A stretch of DNA of 64,000 nt from PVC group bacterium (lineage in GTDB: Bacteria; Omnitrophota; Gorgyraeia; B26-G9), in the NCBI GenBank assembly GCA_024231215.1, contig JAAEQR010000206.1, positions 3,112-67,111 on the forward strand, read 5' to 3'. A model generated the notes under the pieces. It was not told the DNA's origin and made no database searches. It saw nothing but the letters and a program-made list of their open reading frames with translations. The position numbers and the translations under genes are program-made. Each line of letters starts with the position of its first letter. Positions within the stretch are counted from its first letter, which is position 1. Shown here in pieces: positions 30,357 through 40,258 of this stretch.

Positions 30357-33300
30357 ATGCCTACTATGCAAGAAAAGTTTGCAGATATTGATGCATTGTT
30401 TGGTTTTGAGCCGCCAAAAACGACTAGTAAATTTGAGGAACTTGACAATTTCCTTGGGTTGCCACCAGTTGAGCAAGCGCCATCAAAAGTTATTGAGCCA
30501 GAAAAAGTAAGACGCTTTAAGGAATTTGATCATGAATTTGGGTTAGAGCCTGTTAAGGAACCTGATGCAATTGATACGCTACCTGTACCACAAGTACAAG
30601 CCCCACAATTTCAACCAGAAGTCTCCACGACAACAGCGGTGGATGTTGGAGGCCCACAAGGTGAGTTGTTGCCAGAATTTGCACCCGCAAGGGCGTTGGG
30701 CAAAGGCGTTACTTTGGAGCCTGGAAAAACAACAGAAGAAATACCGACACGGGCACCTATTCCAAGCACACCGCTGGCTGGAACTGCTGTAGGCGTAGCT
30801 GAAAGCATTCCATTTATAGGTCCCGAAGGTGCGGACGTAGAACAAATAAAGGAAGAGCAGGCTGGGTCAGTAGTTGCAGGCCAAATATTAGGTACAACAG
30901 CACAGGCACTAGCTGGTGGAGCTGGCGTTGCAAAGGTGCTTGCAAAAACAGCCGTTAAAAAGTCTCCTATACTTATGAGTGCACTTTCAAGAGTAATTCC
31001 AGCAACAACGTTAAGAGGCGCACAATCTGTTGACGAAATATCAAAAGGCAAAACAGAGGTTAAGGATGCATTGATGAATACCATTGTTGAATCGGGTGGT
31101 GGTGCAGCATTTTCAATGATTCCTGAAATTATAATGCCTCCAGGTGTAGCACAATTAATAGCCCAACCATTAGCAGATGTTATTTACCAAGCCGGTGTTG
31201 ATAAGCTTAAAGGCGAAAAGGGCGTACTTACAAAGGAATGGTTTGTGCGTCAAATTCCAACCATAGCAGCAAGTTTTGCCTTTGCTATAAAAGATGTTGC
31301 GGGTGGCAAGGAATTCATTAAACAGCAAAAGGCTATGAGAGAAGAATTAGGTATCAAAGCAAAAGAAATAGAAGTGCCACCAACAGACTTTTTACCAAAG
31401 CCACCCGAAAAACCAATCGAGGTCGAGAAGCCACCAGAGAAGCCCGTAGAGGCAATAAAAGTTGAGCCTACCCCAGAGGTCACTAAGGTAGAAACAGCGC
31501 CTAAAAAGCTTGTCCCTGAGCCAGTTGAGGCAACGGTAGAGGAGTCGCCTGTTGTGTCGACTAAGAAAGCTGGAACGTTGGAGGTGGAGGCCAAGAAGTA
31601 TAAAAGTGCTGAAGATTTTGTAAAGAGTAAAGATTTGCTATACAAAGGGTTGCCTAAAAAGGATTGGCGCACAGGGAAAGAAATTGTTGAAATAGATGCG
31701 ACTAAGGCCGGTAAAAAAATGGCTGGTTTTTTTACCACCAATCAAAAGGTTGCTCAAAAATTTGCAGATACTATAGTTAAAAAAGGCTTTGGGAAGGTGG
31801 TGGAGGCCAATGTTGATATTAAAAACCCTTTTGTTGTTGACGCAAAGGGTGAAAAAGCCAACAAATTTATGTCTGATGCGTTAGACCCGAAAAACAACAA
31901 CAAAGCAATTGTGAATGCAATTGAATCCAAAAAATATGACGGTGTAATAATAAAAAATACAGCAGATGAAGGAGATATTATTATACCACAAAAAGCCTCC
32001 CAAATCAAAACAAAAGAACAACTAACAGAAATATGGAACGAAGCAAAAAAGCCCAAACTAACACCGGAGGAAAAAGGATTTGTCGAAAAAGTTAGCCCGG
32101 AAGTTACAGTTAAAAAAGAAGTCAAAAAGCCTGAGATTAAGAAGCCTGAGAAAGTTAAACCTGTTGTTGAGAAAGAAATCAAAAAACCAGAGGTAAAACC
32201 AATAGAGAAGGATAAGCCAGAGCAATTTGAAACACCACAAAGGGAGGGGTTGTTAGAAAGTGAAAAAGGTGCCGTGAGATTAGATTTAGAAACAAGGGGC
32301 AATGTAGTTTCTGGAATGAAAAAGTTTCTCAAAAGAGAGTTTACGACAAAGGGCGACTTGCCCGAAGAAGTGTTTAGGGAAAAAATAAAAAAAGATGCGT
32401 GGGTAAATGCTGAAATAAAGGATATAGAAAATACAGTAAAAAGGTTTAGGTCAGAGGCAAAAAAAGGATATAAAACAAAAAAGCTCACAGATAAACAAAG
32501 TTTTGAAATAGATGCCGTGTTAAAAGGGAATGAAGATATATCAAAATTGCCTGAAAATGTGCGACCTTTAGTTAAAACAATGAGAAATCACATTGATGCG
32601 TTATCACAAAAAATGATTGATGAGGGTTTAGTCGAAGGAGATTTGAAGGCAAAAGTATTGGAAAATATGGGTTTCTACGCAACAAGATCATATAGGGTTC
32701 ATGATGATCCAAAATGGGCAGAGAAAGTGCTACCGGCGGTAAGAAACCGAGCAAAAGCATTTATCAGACAAGAAGCTAGTGATTTTTATAATAGAAAAGT
32801 TGAGGTTACAAACGATGTTATTGCCAATTTGCAGAGTGTTAAAACACAAATCGAAGCCAAGCTAAAAAACCCGTTGTCTGTTGAGCAGAAATTGAACTTT
32901 GAAGAAAAAATAAATGAGTTAGACACAAAAATAGATGAGCTTTTAACACAAAAAGAGGACATTGGTTTTGATGTTGAGGGTGAAATAAATGACGCCGCAA
33001 AATCTATTCTTGATATCAGGTTTGGCGAACAACGGATTTCTGAGACTGATAGAGAATTTGGGTTTTATCAAGAAAAGATTGATCGTTTAAATAAAAAAAT
33101 AGACGATTTGGCCGCTGGAAAAAGAACCAAAAAAATTGATGAGACTATAAAAGAACATGAAAACAAGATTGCTCAATTTGAAGAAAAGATTCAAAGGCCA
33201 TTGACCGGAACACAAATAGACAGTTACCAAAAAAAATTAGAAAAAATAAATAGTAGAATTGATAAGCTTGTTGAGAAAATTCCTGAATTTCAAAGAAAGT

Positions 33301-35279
33301 CTCAACCAACCGAAGGTGAATTGCGTGGTCAAATAAATGAGCTTCTATATAAAAAAGAAGCGCCTGTCAGCGTCCTTGCAAGTGGTGGCAAGTTGGGTTC
33401 AAAAAACTTAAGCATACTTAAGCGCAAGAAGGATATACCAGTAGAAATAAGATCTCTTTGGGGTGAATATAAAGATGCTGATGTTAATTACGCAAAAAGT
33501 GTTTCAAAGATGGCTAACTTGATAGCTAGTAATAGATTTTTAAATGAAGTAAAAACCAAAGGAAAAAATAAGTTCTTTTTTGATAACCCTGTGGTTGAAG
33601 GTGGTAAAAGTTATGATGTAAAAATATCAGCAGACAAATCCCCTACAATGGCACCTTTGAATGGTTTATACACAACCAAAGAAATAGAAGAAGCATTTGA
33701 CAGCATAAACAAAAGAGATGTACCGGGTACTTTATACAGGCTTTATTTGAAAGTAAATTCTGCTGCTAAATATGCAAAAACAATCGGGTCGCCAATGACA
33801 CACGTAAGAAATGTTACTGGAAACGTTGGTTTTGCTATAGCTAACGGGCATTTCAATTTAAAAGAAGCCCCTAATGCGATTAAAACTACATTTCAAGACC
33901 TAAGAGGGAAATCCGTAGGCGAAACAAAAAAATATATAAGGGAGCTAACAGAACTCGGTGTAATTAGTGATGGCGCAAGGGCCGGTGAGATAAGAGATAT
34001 AATTAAAGATGCTACACAGGGCGACTTAGATGTTTTAATTGGAACAGGCCCTAAGCATGCTTATAAAAAAGCATTAAAAGCAATAGAAAAGCTTTATGGG
34101 GCTGAAGATGATGTGTGGAAAATTTTTGCTTATGAGAATGAATTAAAACGATATAAAAAAGCGCTGCCAGATATGCCAGAAAAAGAACTAAAACAAAAAG
34201 CGGCAAATATTGTGAGGGATACCTATCCTACATATTCAATGATACCGAGTGCAATAAAAAAATTGCGTAGATTTCCACTGGTTGGCACATTTGTTTCTTT
34301 TCCTGCGGAAGTAGTAAGAACAGCAAATAATACCATAAAATTAATGGCTTCTGAATTAAAAAGCTCTAATCCAGAAATAAGAAAAATAGGCGCACAAAGA
34401 CTTGTAGGTTTGACTTTGGCGGCTACAATTACGGCGGGGCTCGGTGCTGCAAGTAGATTTAGAACAGGGACTACTAAAGAAAAAGAGGACGCAGCCAGGG
34501 AATTTATGGCCCCCTGGACTAAGAATAGTCAAATAATTTGGGCGAGTAGTATAGAAAATGGCAAAGCAAATTATGTTGATTTGGGCTATTCTGACCCTCA
34601 TTCTTATTTGAGAAAACCTTTGCTTGCTTTTTTAAATGGGGAAGATTGGAAAGAAAAAGCTTTTGAGGCTGGCGCTGAATTGCTTTCTCCGTTTCTTGGT
34701 GAAGACATGCTCGCGCAAAAGCTTTTGAATATAAAAAGAAACAAAACCCCTGATGGGCAAAATGTGTATAACCCACAAGATAAATTAACAAACCAAACAA
34801 TAGATAAGCTCAACCATTTAATAGAGGGTATGGAGCCTGGAGCAATAGCATCTTTAAGGCGAATTTATAAATCAACAAAAGACGTAGAGGGACAATATGG
34901 TTCTGGGTATGACACCAAAACAGAAGTTGCTGCTATGGGCACTGGTATTAGAATAAATGTTTTAGACACAAAAAGATCACTACGCTTCAAGGGGTGGAAG
35001 TTTTCTAGGGACATAAGAGATGCTTCTCGGTTGGCAAGAAAAAGAGGTGTTGAACTATCGTTTGAGCAAAAAAAGAAAATATATGACAGGTTTGAAAAGA
35101 CGGTACAGTCAGCAAGGATAGTAGGACTAACAGACAGGGAGATATTCAAATCATTAAGAGATTCAGGAATGTCAGAAACCAATGCTATCGCTTTTTTAAA
35201 AAACAGCTATGAAAGTATTTTGAAAATAGGCGAAAAAAAAGCAAAGTTGAAAGAAAAGCTACCGAAAGGAATAAAATAA
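30357..35279 (+). CDS. Large ejection/polyvalent protein with an ADP-ribosyltransferase-like domain
   Basis: 1640 aa; YKG...GFFTTN..VA.KFA...V.IKNP...YDGVIIKN...QIKT segment; helical C-terminal region. Confidence 0.65.
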   Translation: MPTMQEKFADIDALFGFEPPKTTSKFEELDNFLGLPPVEQAPSKVIEPEKVRRFKEFDHEFGLEPVKEPDAIDTLPVPQVQAPQFQPEVSTTTAVDVGGPQGELLPEFAPARALGKGVTLEPGKTTEEIPTRAPIPSTPLAGTAVGVAESIPFIGPEGADVEQIKEEQAGSVVAGQILGTTAQALAGGAGVAKVLAKTAVKKSPILMSALSRVIPATTLRGAQSVDEISKGKTEVKDALMNTIVESGGGAAFSMIPEIIMPPGVAQLIAQPLADVIYQAGVDKLKGEKGVLTKEWFVRQIPTIAASFAFAIKDVAGGKEFIKQQKAMREELGIKAKEIEVPPTDFLPKPPEKPIEVEKPPEKPVEAIKVEPTPEVTKVETAPKKLVPEPVEATVEESPVVSTKKAGTLEVEAKKYKSAEDFVKSKDLLYKGLPKKDWRTGKEIVEIDATKAGKKMAGFFTTNQKVAQKFADTIVKKGFGKVVEANVDIKNPFVVDAKGEKANKFMSDALDPKNNNKAIVNAIESKKYDGVIIKNTADEGDIIIPQKASQIKTKEQLTEIWNEAKKPKLTPEEKGFVEKVSPEVTVKKEVKKPEIKKPEKVKPVVEKEIKKPEVKPIEKDKPEQFETPQREGLLESEKGAVRLDLETRGNVVSGMKKFLKREFTTKGDLPEEVFREKIKKDAWVNAEIKDIENTVKRFRSEAKKGYKTKKLTDKQSFEIDAVLKGNEDISKLPENVRPLVKTMRNHIDALSQKMIDEGLVEGDLKAKVLENMGFYATRSYRVHDDPKWAEKVLPAVRNRAKAFIRQEASDFYNRKVEVTNDVIANLQSVKTQIEAKLKNPLSVEQKLNFEEKINELDTKIDELLTQKEDIGFDVEGEINDAAKSILDIRFGEQRISETDREFGFYQEKIDRLNKKIDDLAAGKRTKKIDETIKEHENKIAQFEEKIQRPLTGTQIDSYQKKLEKINSRIDKLVEKIPEFQRKSQPTEGELRGQINELLYKKEAPVSVLASGGKLGSKNLSILKRKKDIPVEIRSLWGEYKDADVNYAKSVSKMANLIASNRFLNEVKTKGKNKFFFDNPVVEGGKSYDVKISADKSPTMAPLNGLYTTKEIEEAFDSINKRDVPGTLYRLYLKVNSAAKYAKTIGSPMTHVRNVTGNVGFAIANGHFNLKEAPNAIKTTFQDLRGKSVGETKKYIRELTELGVISDGARAGEIRDIIKDATQGDLDVLIGTGPKHAYKKALKAIEKLYGAEDDVWKIFAYENELKRYKKALPDMPEKELKQKAANIVRDTYPTYSMIPSAIKKLRRFPLVGTFVSFPAEVVRTANNTIKLMASELKSSNPEIRKIGAQRLVGLTLAATITAGLGAASRFRTGTTKEKEDAAREFMAPWTKNSQIIWASSIENGKANYVDLGYSDPHSYLRKPLLAFLNGEDWKEKAFEAGAELLSPFLGEDMLAQKLLNIKRNKTPDGQNVYNPQDKLTNQTIDKLNHLIEGMEPGAIASLRRIYKSTKDVEGQYGSGYDTKTEVAAMGTGIRINVLDTKRSLRFKGWKFSRDIRDASRLARKRGVELSFEQKKKIYDRFEKTVQSARIVGLTDREIFKSLRDSGMSETNAIAFLKNSYESILKIGEKKAKLKEKLPKGIK

Positions 35280-35564
35280 ATGCCAACAAAAGACCTATGT
35301 GAAGCCCACCATCAAAAATTATTGGGAATAGACAAGAAAATAGATGTTCAAATAGCCAAATTTGATGAAATAAACACTATACTTTGCGGTGGGCCTGATA
35401 AAGAAGGTAGGTTTCAAGTAGGATTTCTTTCTAAGTTAAAATGGGTTGAAAAAAAACAGGCCATTATTACAGGTGTATTCATATCCGTAATAACAGCCGT
35501 TGTAATTGCTGGTATTTTGTATGTTCCTACACTAATTAAAGCCGCTGAGATTGTTGGGAAGTAA
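35280..35564 (+). CDS. Small membrane protein (holin-like candidate)
   Basis: One C-terminal hydrophobic helix; last gene of the late operon. Confidence 0.45.
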   Translation: MPTKDLCEAHHQKLLGIDKKIDVQIAKFDEINTILCGGPDKEGRFQVGFLSKLKWVEKKQAIITGVFISVITAVVIAGILYVPTLIKAAEIVGK

Positions 35565-35565
35565 T

Positions 35566-35742
35566 TTAATTTTCAAAAAAACTACATTCCTCGGCAAGTT
35601 TCTGAGCCTCGATTGCGATTTCATCTTCTTCACGGACTGAATAACCTTTTGCGTTAAGAAGGACATTTGTGTGCTGGTGTAACAGACCCGCCTTGTCGCA
35701 TGGCTTATAATGAATACAATCTTTACAATTAGCTCCTTCCAT
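35566..35742 (-). CDS. Small Cys-containing protein (58 aa, not in ORF track)
   Basis: MEGANCKDCIHYKPC...AEECSFFEN; GGAGG SD; abuts the upstream gene. Confidence 0.55.
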   Translation of the reverse strand: MEGANCKDCIHYKPCDKAGLLHQHTNVLLNAKGYSVREEDEIAIEAQKLAEECSFFEN

Positions 35743-35919
35743 TTATTCCTCCTGGTTAATTAATTTAAGGGACCATAATTGCGCTTGCTCCAAATTGGTA
35801 AGAACAAGTGCTTTTGCCCTAATGTTACAATTAGGGGAATTAAAATTTTTTAACTCCTGTATTATCTTATCGATAGATCTGTTAGTGTCGTTAACCGGAA
35901 ATGTTATTTCTTCTCCCAT
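35743..35919 (-). CDS. Acb2/Tad1-like small helical protein (candidate immune-signal sponge)
   Basis: RAKALVLTNLEQAQLWSLKLI resembles the R..(S/A)L..T.LE.A..W..K motif; AGGAGG SD before ATG 35919. Confidence 0.6.
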   Translation of the reverse strand: MGEEITFPVNDTNRSIDKIIQELKNFNSPNCNIRAKALVLTNLEQAQLWSLKLINQEE

Positions 35920-35996
35920 ATCCAACCTCCTATAGTAAAATTAATAACCAAACCACTCCTATTAGAGAGGCAATTAATGTTATATATATTATTGTT

Positions 35997-37583
35997 TTAT
36001 CGTGCATTGATTTCATATAATTCGCTGTTGTGTATAAAACATGTTTTGTGTAGTTCTACAAGTCTGCAATCGTTGTATATTGGTGTGTTTTCAAATACTT
36101 TTGCATCACCTCTTAAATCAGCAAATAGCTCCAGCTTGCAATCCTCTGAATTAAAAACAACCACATCATTTTTTTTCACTAACATGTTAACACTTAAAAA
36201 ATCGACATTTTCTATTATGGAACATTCGTATTGAGTATAGTTGTTTTTTAAATTAGCTATTAAGCAATTTGTTTTTGTGTCTTTTTTGTAAACCACAAAC
36301 AGCCATTTTCCCTGTCTATTAGCATCAACAATTATAGTGTTGTCCAATTCATGAATTTTTATATTAGAGCACTTGTCAAGTTCATATGGAATTGTAGCGG
36401 TGTATTTGCCAAAAATATCTTGTAGTATCACTCCTTGATATATTTTAGAACTGTTATAAGCTACTGTTGAAATGCATTTTTGTACTGGTATTATTTTGCA
36501 AAACTTTTCATATGTGGTTTGTAAAATTCCGATTTTTGCTATACTGTATATTGCGTTATTAAAAGAAGTGCCTTTTTCTTGTAAAACATCATCTAAAAAA
36601 AACATTAAATGTGTGGTGCCGGTATTAGGAAGATATAGTCTGTCGTTTTTATAAATAGATTTTTGTGTTAACACGTATCTATTACCATTTCTATATACTG
36701 CGTCCAAAATATTAGAATCATATTTAAATATTAATGTCGCCTTGATATCTGATTTATCGTCAACAAATAGTTTTCTTGTGACTTGTATATTCTCAGCACC
36801 CTCAGATTTTGGCGGAACATCTCTTTCTTTATTTACAAAAACCCTTTTAAAATAATCTAAATGGTTTTTCGGAATTGTGTTAAAGTCAATGTTCTTTGGC
36901 ACAGTGACAGTTTTGTCAAAAATAGATACATTTTTATTCATTCTATCTTCGAAGCCCAATGCATGTTTTCCCTTATATGGGTGTAGCCCAATATAAAGTT
37001 GAAAAGATATCAACGACCAAGAAAACCAATCCGATTGTTTTTTAAATGTGCCTAAAGGGTATAACCTGTCTCTGTATTGGTGCATTATGGCGTTGCATTT
37101 GAACGATTTGGTTTGAAAAGAATCTGTATCTATGTAATAAACTGTATTTGGAAATGTAATTAAAAAATTCATTTCATTGTAATCACCCACGATTATATTT
37201 TTTTCATGGATTTTAATTAATGTGTCTCGCATGCTATCCACAACGTCAGATATATTTTTAATGCTAAGATTGTTTCGTGTCTTGTACGATTTTGTAAACA
37301 GTTTACACAGGTATTCATAATTATCTATATAGCTTAACGTAAATCCTATTCGTTCGCTTTTCTCACTGTAAACACTTTCTTGAGGTATGACAATGTTTTT
37401 AATGGAGGCCAGATCCCGGAGTTCATATATTTTTTGTTCTGGGATCAACGTTGTTTTGTCGTGGTAAATTTTAAAAATAGTATTATCTTTTAAGAAGATG
37501 CTGCCCTGGCCTCCTTTGGCTTTGTAATCAGATTCTTTTAGGTATATTTTTTTACCACTTACAACAACGTTCTGAGACTTCAT
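35997..37583 (-). CDS. Ser/Thr protein kinase with C-terminal beta-rich extension (TerY-P-type kinase)
   Basis: KGGQGSIF, FKIY, IVGDYNEMNFL, YIDTDSFQ, SDWFS, HPYKG. Confidence 0.82.
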   Translation of the reverse strand: MKSQNVVVSGKKIYLKESDYKAKGGQGSIFLKDNTIFKIYHDKTTLIPEQKIYELRDLASIKNIVIPQESVYSEKSERIGFTLSYIDNYEYLCKLFTKSYKTRNNLSIKNISDVVDSMRDTLIKIHEKNIIVGDYNEMNFLITFPNTVYYIDTDSFQTKSFKCNAIMHQYRDRLYPLGTFKKQSDWFSWSLISFQLYIGLHPYKGKHALGFEDRMNKNVSIFDKTVTVPKNIDFNTIPKNHLDYFKRVFVNKERDVPPKSEGAENIQVTRKLFVDDKSDIKATLIFKYDSNILDAVYRNGNRYVLTQKSIYKNDRLYLPNTGTTHLMFFLDDVLQEKGTSFNNAIYSIAKIGILQTTYEKFCKIIPVQKCISTVAYNSSKIYQGVILQDIFGKYTATIPYELDKCSNIKIHELDNTIIVDANRQGKWLFVVYKKDTKTNCLIANLKNNYTQYECSIIENVDFLSVNMLVKKNDVVVFNSEDCKLELFADLRGDAKVFENTPIYNDCRLVELHKTCFIHNSELYEINAR

Positions 37584-37606
37584 TATAAACTCCGGGGAAA
37601 AGAGGG

Positions 37607-38323
37607 TTAAATATTCAACGATGCTGCTTGACCAGTACCTAAAACCATACTGGTAGAACTTACAGCATTCTCAATAAAATCAGATAATTTATCTATATCA
37701 TCAATTTTAAGATAGTGATTAAAACTGGCTTTACGATGAAACTCGTTTAGATAGTTAGAGCATTCGCCAGCATTAACACCGATTAAGATACTCATTGTGG
37801 ATTCTAAATCTTTAGATCGTCTTATTTCATCCATTGCATTTTTTATACTCTTTAAATCTGCTGTATTAGATGAGTTTTCATCTCCATCCGTTAAAACGAA
37901 ATAGATGGTATTAAGACAATCAATATTACCCGAAGCCATCAAATTCACCGCATAATCTTTTGTTGTTTCAATAGAATCCTGGGTTGCATCATGGAGAGGA
38001 GTTCCTCCATTAGGATCGAGTTCGTATTTTGTTGTATCTACTGATCCAATTGGAGTAAATCCGTGAATTTCTCGAATGCCTTTATAGCTATCAAAAGTAG
38101 CAACACGCAAAAGCAAGTTTTCACTTTTGGGGTGGCGTTGAAGGTTGTTAATAATCTTTTTAATACCTTCCTCCATTTCATCTTTAAACTCAAAAACAGA
38201 GCCAGTGGTATCAACCAGGATATTCACAATTGTATATTCCATTGCACCTAATTCATCCATAGGTACTGCGGAATAATTAAATTGATTTGGTGTTTCAAAC
38301 GTGTCAAAATTTTGTGCTTCCAT
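37607..38323 (-). CDS. vWA domain protein (TerY-like)
   Basis: ILVDTTGSV MIDAS, GGTPLHDA, FVLTDGDENSS. Confidence 0.88.
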   Translation of the reverse strand: MEAQNFDTFETPNQFNYSAVPMDELGAMEYTIVNILVDTTGSVFEFKDEMEEGIKKIINNLQRHPKSENLLLRVATFDSYKGIREIHGFTPIGSVDTTKYELDPNGGTPLHDATQDSIETTKDYAVNLMASGNIDCLNTIYFVLTDGDENSSNTADLKSIKNAMDEIRRSKDLESTMSILIGVNAGECSNYLNEFHRKASFNHYLKIDDIDKLSDFIENAVSSTSMVLGTGQAASLNI

Positions 38324-38331
38324 AGTTACTC

Positions 38332-39129
38332 CTATTTAAAATATTCAGTTGTTTTAGATATTTGCATACCTTTTGCAGTCATTTCATTCACAAAATCATC
38401 TCCCAAGTTTTCAAGCCCTGGTGCATTAACACAAGAACAAGCATCTTCAAGAAGCACAAACTTTTTCACTTCATCTTCAGAAAATTCATTTGCAATATCT
38501 CTTATTGTATTGGCAACACAAAAGTCTAATGCTTCGCCAGTAACAAGAATATCTTGCCCTGTTTTCAACATGTTAATAACCTGAGTGTTTAACATTGTTG
38601 TTGGGTCACCTGGGTATTCCACGTCTGCACGAACAGCGCTATAGTGTTCTGTATACACACAACTACCCTTTGGGACATAATTAAGCTTCTTAAATGTGGT
38701 TTCCCAAATCAAAAAAGCTTCTCTCAATTCTGGAACAATGGTAAAGCCCATATCAGCAATAAGACAATGGGGCGGCCATATACACAACACATAGCGACAA
38801 TTGTCTTTAAGTGATTTGACATAATCCAAAGACCATTGTTGCATGTTTGGATTGTATGCTTTCCATGTTCCATTTTCAACATCATCTACATTTATCACAG
38901 TAAACGGTGATGGGTGTTGGTTTTTGCTATCTTTCCACCACACAGGGTGCGCAATATGCACAGGGTGGTGACTATCTAATGTCGCGTGAATAGCTGAAAT
39001 TTGTGGTATGTTTTCACGTACCATTTTAGACAGCCGCGACATATCTTTGTCGGCACCTTGCACAAACAGTGCTCCGTTTGGGTCACAAAAATCGTATTGA
39101 CCATCAATGGTTAATAATTGAACAGCCAT
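38332..39129 (-). CDS. Nicotinamidase/isochorismatase-family cysteine hydrolase
   Basis: IDGQYDF, DSHHPVH, WPPHC, PKG, GEALDFCV (D-K-C triad and metal ligands). Confidence 0.88.
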   Translation of the reverse strand: MAVQLLTIDGQYDFCDPNGALFVQGADKDMSRLSKMVRENIPQISAIHATLDSHHPVHIAHPVWWKDSKNQHPSPFTVINVDDVENGTWKAYNPNMQQWSLDYVKSLKDNCRYVLCIWPPHCLIADMGFTIVPELREAFLIWETTFKKLNYVPKGSCVYTEHYSAVRADVEYPGDPTTMLNTQVINMLKTGQDILVTGEALDFCVANTIRDIANEFSEDEVKKFVLLEDACSCVNAPGLENLGDDFVNEMTAKGMQISKTTEYFK

Positions 39130-39141
39130 AGAACCTCCTTT

Positions 39142-39261
39142 AAAAAAACGTTCGGCCCCGGAAATCGGCTAAGAAAACCTAAGTAAGCTAAACTACGGTA
39201 TAGGCTACTGTAGTATAGTTACCGAACGTGTATATCTATTTGAATAAGCCGATTTTTTCAT
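39142..39261 (-). ncRNA. Structured 5' leader (candidate attenuator/antisense element) with an 18-aa leaderless peptide ORF
   Basis: Closing stem ACGUUCGGU/GCCGAACGU plus U6; internal AGCCGAUUU complementary to the 5' AAAUCGGCU. Confidence 0.55.
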
Positions 39262-39268
39262 ATTAATT

Positions 39269-39296
39269 AATTTAATTCATTTTTTATAAAAGTCAA
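39269..39296 (-). promoter_or_regulatory. sigma70-type promoter of the hydrolase-vWA-kinase operon
   Basis: TTGACT-16 nt-TAAATT on the - strand. Confidence 0.55.
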
Positions 39297-39511
39297 CAGT
39301 TATTTTTTTTCTCAAATAATAAAACTAAATTAATAAAAGAGAGCCCCTCGTATTGCACAACACAACTCTACTATATCGGCTTAGTGGGTATCTTGATAAA
39401 CAAGTACAACAAAGGGTATTATTATTAATGCCGATTTTTTTGGCAGTGTGGTAAGGCCTGCTTCCCCCACATCTTTTTTTCCACCCGTAAGGATCTGCCA
39501 TAGAGTAACCC

Positions 39512-40258
39512 TTAATTTTGTTTATGTTTACAACCACAAAAGACTCTCTTTGTTTCCACTAATAAAACTAAATTATAAATAAAAAACGTTGCTATTATAC
39601 CCAGGTATGGAGTCATTTCAACAGGGACACCGAGTAGCCACCAATCACAAAACATACCGGATTCTCTAAGGTATATCCATTGTTGATGTTTCCCCACTGC
39701 CCAATGGTCCCATATAAATTCCATTGGTATAATTATTATTGCCATACGTGTAAAATGTGCTGTATCAAATTTATCAAAATTAATTACAAACATTATTATT
39801 GCTGGTATTCCATAACAAATTGCTATTGATTTTCCACAATTACCAAACGCGACTAAGCCATACACCACAGACAATATTAACAATGGCAACAGTACTAATT
39901 TTAGCCAGTCAGCTTTAAAATCAATCCACTTTTTAAGGGGGTCCCAAAAATATAGAGTAATAAAAAAACTGCCTGTAATAGGATAAAAAAACCAATCCTC
40001 TATGTGAATTCCGAAGATCACAATACCTGTAACTGCATCTTCTGGAAATATCCAGGCTGGAAAGTTGCCGGCTTTGGTTAGATACCAATTCCAGCCCCAA
40101 CCTAAAGGCGTCCCTATTGCCATACAAATCCAATACACACGCCAATTTATTTTATTTCTGAAAAATATTATTACATTCACAACTGCAATTACAGCTAATG
40201 TGATAGGATATCCAGCCCTTCCTAATTTTGATTTAGGTTTTGGTGTTTTTGTGTTCAT
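39512..40258 (-). CDS. Lycopene-cyclase-domain-like integral membrane protein (two repeats)
   Basis: W.FP...TGI.IFGIHIEDWFFY and WD.WAV....W.Y...LGVPVE repeats; several hydrophobic helices. Confidence 0.62.
   Translation of the reverse strand: MNTKTPKPKSKLGRAGYPITLAVIAVVNVIIFFRNKINWRVYWICMAIGTPLGWGWNWYLTKAGNFPAWIFPEDAVTGIVIFGIHIEDWFFYPITGSFFITLYFWDPLKKWIDFKADWLKLVLLPLLILSVVYGLVAFGNCGKSIAICYGIPAIIMFVINFDKFDTAHFTRMAIIIIPMEFIWDHWAVGKHQQWIYLRESGMFCDWWLLGVPVEMTPYLGIIATFFIYNLVLLVETKRVFCGCKHKQN

Noticed and set aside
9095-35182. Numerous - strand ORFs within the structural genes
   Set aside because: Antisense shadows without SD or recognisable motifs, fully overlapping well-supported + strand genes
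39142-39261. Assignment to a known NAD riboswitch class
   Set aside because: I cannot match a known consensus by eye; kept only as an unassigned structured leader
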